Virus record (IMG/VR): IMGVR_UViG_3300042561_002062
Span: 1-21,524 of that record
Source: a virus
Lineage: Duplodnaviria > Heunggongvirae > Uroviricota > Caudoviricetes
Length of the DNA: 21,524 nucleotides
Reading direction: 5' to 3' (one strand)
A program made the position numbers and the translations under genes. Of this stretch, positions 16,549 through 21,524 are shown piece by piece. Positions within the stretch are counted from its first letter, which is position 1. Every line of letters begins with the position of its first letter. Below the pieces are notes generated by a model, which had not been told where the DNA came from, did no database searches, and saw only the letters and a program-made list of their open reading frames with translations.

Positions 16549-17304
16549 TTATTTTTTTCTAAATACAGCTAAATAATTTACTAATTGTTTGTCTAAAACC
16601 ATTTCTACAAGTTCAAAACTATCTTGAAGTTCTTGGTTTTGTTTATCATGTAAAAAATGAGATTTAATTACTCCAGTATGTTCAGCCATTAAAAGATCTT
16701 CTGTAAGTAATGAATTGTCATATTTAAATTTACCTCGTGTATATCTTGGATTTTGTAAGTCTTCCATAAAATAATATCCACCTGATTTAATAATATCTTT
16801 GGCTTGCCATAAACTTACAATCATATGATTAGGCCAATGACTACCATCTTCTACAAAGAAATCAAAATCATTAGGGCATTCTTGTTTAATTTCATTCCAA
16901 TCACAAAAATTTCCTTGATCAGCATATATAAAATTAACTCCCCATTCATTAATCATATTGATTTCTTCTATTTTATCTGTCAAATATGAGCCCCAAAAAT
17001 TATCAACACAATATAAATCAATATCTTTAAAATAAGAAAGCCACATTTTAGGAGAGGCATAAGGAAATCTTTTATCGCAAATCCCTATTTCAAATAATTT
17101 AATAGAGGTTTGTCTGTATGGAGCCATATATTTTTCATAAGTTTCTGTGTAACCCCAACATATGTGTTCCGGCCAGTCTTTTCCCCATGAAAGAGTAGCC
17201 TTATCAGCTGTACCTTTATCTGTTTCTAGATTATTAGCTATCTCTGTTAGAGTTTTACTTTTATCAAAAAAAGTATTGTTTTTTGTTTTTTTAAAAAATT
17301 GCAT
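16549..17304 (-). CDS. Class I SAM-dependent methyltransferase-like protein (sugar O-methyltransferase type)
   Basis: TDKG, LFEIGI, ADQG, FDFFVEDGSH and GGYYFMED, like the DDGSH motif of MycE/TylE-type O-methyltransferases. Confidence 0.72.
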   Translation of the reverse strand: MQFFKKTKNNTFFDKSKTLTEIANNLETDKGTADKATLSWGKDWPEHICWGYTETYEKYMAPYRQTSIKLFEIGICDKRFPYASPKMWLSYFKDIDLYCVDNFWGSYLTDKIEEINMINEWGVNFIYADQGNFCDWNEIKQECPNDFDFFVEDGSHWPNHMIVSLWQAKDIIKSGGYYFMEDLQNPRYTRGKFKYDNSLLTEDLLMAEHTGVIKSHFLHDKQNQELQDSFELVEMVLDKQLVNYLAVFRKK

Positions 17305-17388
17305 ATTATTATTGGTTTATCGGTTTAAAATTTAGTGTGGAGTATAAGCTTTTTATAATATAATTGTTACCTCTTGTGATTAATATTT

Positions 17389-18423
17389 TCATAAAATAGT
17401 GTGATTAAACTTATTTGAAATTAAAAGAAATTCCAATAATATAGAATCTTCTATAGGTATACCATTAATCTTTCTATGTTCATATGACATTTTTTCTTTA
17501 TCACCTGCTATCATAACATCATTTGTTCCCACTTTTGGTAAATTCCTAATTTGAGTAGCCATATCTGAAAGATAACCTTTAAACCAATCAACAGATACAA
17601 ACTTAGAGATATCTAACGCCATAAAAAAGTGGCTTATATTTCTATCATATGTTATGGATAAGTCATAAAGGGGTGCAATCTGCTTACTCATTGGGCCCGT
17701 GGTCAGTCCTGAACATAATATTTCAATAAACATTCCTAGTCCAAATCCTTTATAGCCGCCAACACTATTGAGTGATACGGCTTGATGAGGATCTATAGTT
17801 GGTTGTCCATTATTATCATAGGCCCATTCTAATTTTAGGGGCTTATTTTGTCTTTTATAATTTTTAACTTTATTCCAAGGTATTGTAGAAGTTGCCATAT
17901 CTAAACAATAAGGATTTTCATCTCTCATTGGGGCTGAAAAAGCTATTGGATTAGTTCCAAAAAAAGTTTCTTTGCTACCATAAGCATTGACCAATGCTTC
18001 AGTATTAGTTAATGCCAACCCAATCATTTCATATCTTGCAGCAATATCAGTAAAGTACCAAGCTGCACCGAAATGTGTTGAGTTCTTTACACTAACAACC
18101 CCAATTCCAGTATGTTGTGCTAATTGAATTGCTTCTAACATAGCTTTTTTTCCAGCAAAATGTCCAAATGTATTTTTAGCATCTAGTATAGATACAGAAG
18201 GACTTTTTTGCTTTATTTCAATGTTAGAATTCTTGTTGAGCCTATTAAGATTTAATTCCTTATAATAGTGTGGAAATAAGTGAATACCATGAGAGTCAAC
18301 ACCTTTTAAAGAGGTTTCAATTAGCGATTCAGTTACTGTATTAGCAACTTCAGCCTCAACACCAGTTGATAACATACACTCATACATTACTGCTCTGAAT
18401 TTGTTAGAATCAATTAAAACCAT
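17389..18423 (-). CDS. Ldh_2-family oxidoreductase (malate/L-lactate/ureidoglycolate dehydrogenase-like)
   Basis: GVDSHG, NSTHFGA, FGTNPIAF, LDMATS and GGYKGFGL; start ATG 18423 or TTG 18429. Confidence 0.92.
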   Translation of the reverse strand: MVLIDSNKFRAVMYECMLSTGVEAEVANTVTESLIETSLKGVDSHGIHLFPHYYKELNLNRLNKNSNIEIKQKSPSVSILDAKNTFGHFAGKKAMLEAIQLAQHTGIGVVSVKNSTHFGAAWYFTDIAARYEMIGLALTNTEALVNAYGSKETFFGTNPIAFSAPMRDENPYCLDMATSTIPWNKVKNYKRQNKPLKLEWAYDNNGQPTIDPHQAVSLNSVGGYKGFGLGMFIEILCSGLTTGPMSKQIAPLYDLSITYDRNISHFFMALDISKFVSVDWFKGYLSDMATQIRNLPKVGTNDVMIAGDKEKMSYEHRKINGIPIEDSILLEFLLISNKFNHTIL

Positions 18424-18799
18424 TCTCAATAAAGTTTAAAGTATCATTCCAATTATTAAATCTATAACCATTATCATCTATGTATAAAAAGGCCCTAGGT
18501 TTCTCTGATGTTATTTCTGAGATGTAATCTAATATATTGTGCTTCTCTAACCACTCAGATACAAGTTGAGTGCCAGTCTTACCATTTACTAGTGGTCGGT
18601 TTGGTTTTGCCTTGGCGGTAAATATGATTATGTTGTATTGTGTAGCTAGTTTTTTAATAGCATCTAGTGATCCAGGTAAAGGTTCACCATAACAGGTGCC
18701 ATCGTGAAAACCCTTGTCGAAGTTGTGAATGACCCCATCAAAGTCAATCGCAATGTTATTGACATCATTTTCAAATCCAGGTGGGAATTTATCTATCAT
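18410..18799 (-). CDS. Small capless HAD-superfamily phosphatase-like protein
   Basis: IAIDFDGVIH (DxD), IIFTA and KP...YIDD. Confidence 0.82.
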   Translation of the reverse strand: MIDKFPPGFENDVNNIAIDFDGVIHNFDKGFHDGTCYGEPLPGSLDAIKKLATQYNIIIFTAKAKPNRPLVNGKTGTQLVSEWLEKHNILDYISEITSEKPRAFLYIDDNGYRFNNWNDTLNFIENGFN

Positions 18800-19469
18800 A
18801 CTTTTGTATTGTCATTATAATAGTATTGTCAGTCACACCATCTAGTTGACTTGATACTTGTTTAATAATATTTGCGAAACCTACATCACCAGGAATAGTG
18901 ACTAGGTGAGCTCTGTTGTTGATGTTTCGAACTAAACCACCTCTAAGAAATATGAGTAGATCTGTGTCTTTTTTTTTGTTTATAACATCTATGTCATTTA
19001 TGTTTTCTACTGTAAGAGTGTTCCCACCAAAATCGTAGATGTATGATTGGTTAAGTTCCGGTTCTTTGATCCAAAGGCAATCAGACTCTTTCGGATACTC
19101 AAAGCTATTATTCTCATATGGTTTAGACTCTCTTCCATATTTATCAAACAATCGAACCAGGTCATGTTTATCTTTTGGAGTCTCAATCTCAAGTAATAAT
19201 ACCTGGTCGGATAATGCTTTAGTTTGATGAAACAATCCTCTACGGATCATAACCTTATCTAAACCTTGTAGTATTCTCTTATCACTTAAAAAAGATATCT
19301 CTGCAATTCCGTCTAAAAGAACTAATCCTGTGGTTTTAGTTGGGTGGCAATGCATTGAGGTACTTTGATCTTTCTTAATATTAAGAAACCACAAACCTAC
19401 TTCCTCATTCTCATAAGCAAGATACTCATACCCCCATGGTTTTTTTACAATGTTTTTATTATGACTCAT
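18789..19469 (-). CDS. Cupin-domain protein
   Basis: VKKPWGYEY...TSMHCHPTK...GLFHQT...LEIETP. Confidence 0.8.
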   Translation of the reverse strand: MSHNKNIVKKPWGYEYLAYENEEVGLWFLNIKKDQSTSMHCHPTKTTGLVLLDGIAEISFLSDKRILQGLDKVMIRRGLFHQTKALSDQVLLLEIETPKDKHDLVRLFDKYGRESKPYENNSFEYPKESDCLWIKEPELNQSYIYDFGGNTLTVENINDIDVINKKKDTDLLIFLRGGLVRNINNRAHLVTIPGDVGFANIIKQVSSQLDGVTDNTIIMTIQKYDR

Positions 19470-20013
19470 GACTTAACTTATTATAGGTTTCTATTAACTC
19501 TTTCATCCAATGGCCAACCCATTTATAGTGTGGACTACTTATAATATTATTATCAACTACTGCGGGTGCATCAACAAATATAGCTCCGGCATTCCAAATA
19601 TCTTGTTCCATGCTATAATAAGCAGACACTTTTCTTCCTTGTAAGATTTTTGCTGTGATAAGCATTTGCGCACCAGAACAGATGCTTCCAATAATCTTGC
19701 CTAGTTTATTCCATTTAATAATAAACTTAACTGCTGTAACTTCTAAACGAAGCTTTTCTAATGATATTACACCACCTGGGATGATAAGAATATCATATTC
19801 GTTTAGGAATTTTTCAAACTTGTCTAGATCTTGTAGATCCTTAAGCAAAAAATGACTTGGAATTGATCCTCCTAATATTCCTTTTACCTTATTGATAGTA
19901 TTTGATATAACATCTACTTGAAATCCTTCTTCGAGTAGACGATAGTATGGATAAATGGCTTCGTAGTCTTTATAACCTTCATAGGTCATTATTAATGCTT
20001 TATTTTGTTTCAT
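19459..20013 (-). CDS. DJ-1/PfpI family protein
   Basis: DYEAIYPYYRL, LIIPGG, SICSGAQML (nucleophilic Cys) and AVVDNNIISSPHY. Confidence 0.9.
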   Translation of the reverse strand: MKQNKALIMTYEGYKDYEAIYPYYRLLEEGFQVDVISNTINKVKGILGGSIPSHFLLKDLQDLDKFEKFLNEYDILIIPGGVISLEKLRLEVTAVKFIIKWNKLGKIIGSICSGAQMLITAKILQGRKVSAYYSMEQDIWNAGAIFVDAPAVVDNNIISSPHYKWVGHWMKELIETYNKLSHES

Positions 20014-20031
20014 GTTGCTTTTATATTTTTA

Positions 20032-21524
20032 TTATTTGTATATTGGTATGATCATTTCCTTCTCATATATTTCTTTTGGCAAAAACGGAAACATATTTTC
20101 AAGAGGCTGGGATATTAGTTTTCCATCATCTGTTTGTAGTGTAGCAGAAGTTGGGTAAATTTCTTCATTAGGGGGGCATATTATTTCGCATAAATAATAT
20201 CCTTTATAATTGATAATTGTTTCTAGTTTTGCTTTTAGTTCATTTATATCGTTAATTCGAGTAAATGGAAATCCGTATGCATAAGCAATTTTTTCAGCAT
20301 CAGGGAAGGATATTCCTGAAGATGGGCTTTCTCCAGATAGTCTTTGATTAAAGAATTTAATTTGAGTATTTCTAATAGATAGATAACCCCCATTATTTAA
20401 TATAAACAATTTTATAGGTAACTTATTTTCAACAATAGTTTGTAATTCTTGGATATTAAATTGAAAGGAACCCTCCCCTGTAACACCAATAATAGTTGAG
20501 TTTGGATTAGCAAAGCATGCTCCTATGGCAGCTGGCAATGCAAACCCCATTTCTCCTTGAGCTGAGGGGATTATAAGTTTATTATTAATTAAAGATTGAG
20601 CTAATACATAGTAAGATGAACCAGCATCTGTTATCACAATTGAATCTTTAGATATTTCAGATAACTCTTTAGAAAAGGAATACATATTTAATTGGTTGAT
20701 ATCATCTCTATCAAAAACAGGCCACATATTTTTCCAATTAATACATTTACTTATCCACTCTTGATTATTATTTATATAATTCGAAGAGTCAGTTGCAAAA
20801 AAATTTGTCAAATCATCTTCAATTATTTGTTCAATTTTTACAGTTTCTTTAAGATGTTCATTTTTATCAATATCAACAACTACAATTTTAGCTTTTCGAC
20901 CGAATAAATGATATTGATAACCAGTTGCTGGTATGCTCAATGATGTTCCCAATCCTATAATAAGATCTGAGTTGGCTACAGCAAAATTTCCTGCTCTAGT
21001 ACCTTTTAAACCTATTCTGCCAACATATAGCGGGTGGTTTTCAGGGAGAAGATTAGTTCCTAGAAAAGTTACAGCTACTGGTATTTGGTGCTTCTCAACA
21101 AATTTTTTAAATGCTTGTTTGGTATTTGATAAGTTTATACCATTACCTGCTATAATAATAGGGCGTTTTGAATCATTTAAGTATCTCATAAGTACAGATA
21201 CAGATTTATTATCTATTATTATATCATCAGGAGTATAATGATGTAGATTATTTTCATCAATTAAAGTAGATTGTATATCTAGGGGGATATCAATCCAAAC
21301 AGGGCCTGGTCTGTTTGAAGTACATAAATGATATGCCTTTTCTAGCTCGTATGCTATATCCTCAGCACTTTCAATCATAACGGCATATTTGGTAATAGAT
21401 TCAACAATTTTAATTATATTTGCTTCTTGAACTCCTAATTTTCTTAAGGAAACTTTTTTTAAAAAAGTTGTATCTTTTTTATTAACTTGCCCAGATATAA
21501 ACATAACTTTATGACTATCTTGCC
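20032..21524 (-). CDS. Thiamine-diphosphate-binding enzyme, acetolactate-synthase-like (YerE-type), 5'-truncated by window edge
   Basis: Frame is open to the window end (QDSHKVMFISGQ); RPGPVWIDIPLD, MGFALPAAIGA and GEGSFQFNIQEL...LNNGGY ThDP motif. Confidence 0.92.
   Translation of the reverse strand, partial: QDSHKVMFISGQVNKKDTTFLKKVSLRKLGVQEANIIKIVESITKYAVMIESAEDIAYELEKAYHLCTSNRPGPVWIDIPLDIQSTLIDENNLHHYTPDDIIIDNKSVSVLMRYLNDSKRPIIIAGNGINLSNTKQAFKKFVEKHQIPVAVTFLGTNLLPENHPLYVGRIGLKGTRAGNFAVANSDLIIGLGTSLSIPATGYQYHLFGRKAKIVVVDIDKNEHLKETVKIEQIIEDDLTNFFATDSSNYINNNQEWISKCINWKNMWPVFDRDDINQLNMYSFSKELSEISKDSIVITDAGSSYYVLAQSLINNKLIIPSAQGEMGFALPAAIGACFANPNSTIIGVTGEGSFQFNIQELQTIVENKLPIKLFILNNGGYLSIRNTQIKFFNQRLSGESPSSGISFPDAEKIAYAYGFPFTRINDINELKAKLETIINYKGYYLCEIICPPNEEIYPTSATLQTDDGKLISQPLENMFPFLPKEIYEKEMIIPIYK

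Noticed and set aside
828-21238. Short shadow ORFs 828-1046, 5922-6119, 8524-8772, 10061-10258, 12382-12609, 19007-19192, 19039-19227, 19655-19855, 20692-20907 and 20933-21238
   Set aside because: All lie inside longer, better-supported genes (antisense or alternate frame) and show no recognisable motifs.
1-21524. Alternative genetic code (TAG or TGA recoding, as in some Bacteroidota jumbo phages)
   Set aside because: Conserved genes are full length in code 11, and TAA, TAG and TGA all end genes at expected positions.
1-21524. Eukaryotic giant virus or ordinary bacterial O-antigen locus
   Set aside because: Coupled ATGA overlaps, bacterial promoter motifs and a lipoprotein argue against a eukaryotic virus. 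A UvsW-like helicase, many orphans and no wzx/wzy/ABC export genes argue against a normal chromosomal locus. No virion hallmark gene is in the window, so the phage call remains an inference.
20032-21524. ilvB / branched-chain amino-acid biosynthesis
   Set aside because: There are no other ilv genes or regulatory subunit downstream; its neighbours are sugar-modifying enzymes.

Overview
AT-rich, gene-dense window with frequent strand switches, best read as part of a large (jumbo/huge) tailed-phage genome, probably infecting a Bacteroidota host. This is an inference from a T4 UvsW-like helicase, a dUTPase, many short orphan ORFs, the lack of Shine-Dalgarno motifs, two exact TTTG-N20-TATATTTG Bacteroidota-type promoters and a Bacteroidota-like RpiB and lipoprotein. 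The left half (1-11.3 kb) holds dUTPase, an SpnR-like sugar aminotransferase with a cupin and a GT-like ORF, RpiB, a 7Fe ferredoxin, a HEXXH protein, tandem paralogous orphans, a lipoprotein with YTPSTPR repeats and UvsW. The right half (11.7-21.5 kb) holds two convergent nucleotide-sugar operons. The + operon is Fcl/ColC-like reductase, ColD-type 3-dehydratase, Gmd and a GT11 glycosyltransferase split by a frameshift at an A11 tract, i.e. an apparent GDP-colitose pathway with a potentially phase-variable transferase. The - operon is a TPP-dependent ALS/YerE-like enzyme, DJ-1/PfpI, cupin, HAD, Ldh_2 oxidoreductase, O-methyltransferase-like protein and SDR epimerase, a candidate branched/modified-sugar pathway. 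No tRNA, rRNA, CRISPR array or transposase was seen. All family calls come from motif recognition by eye, with no database search.
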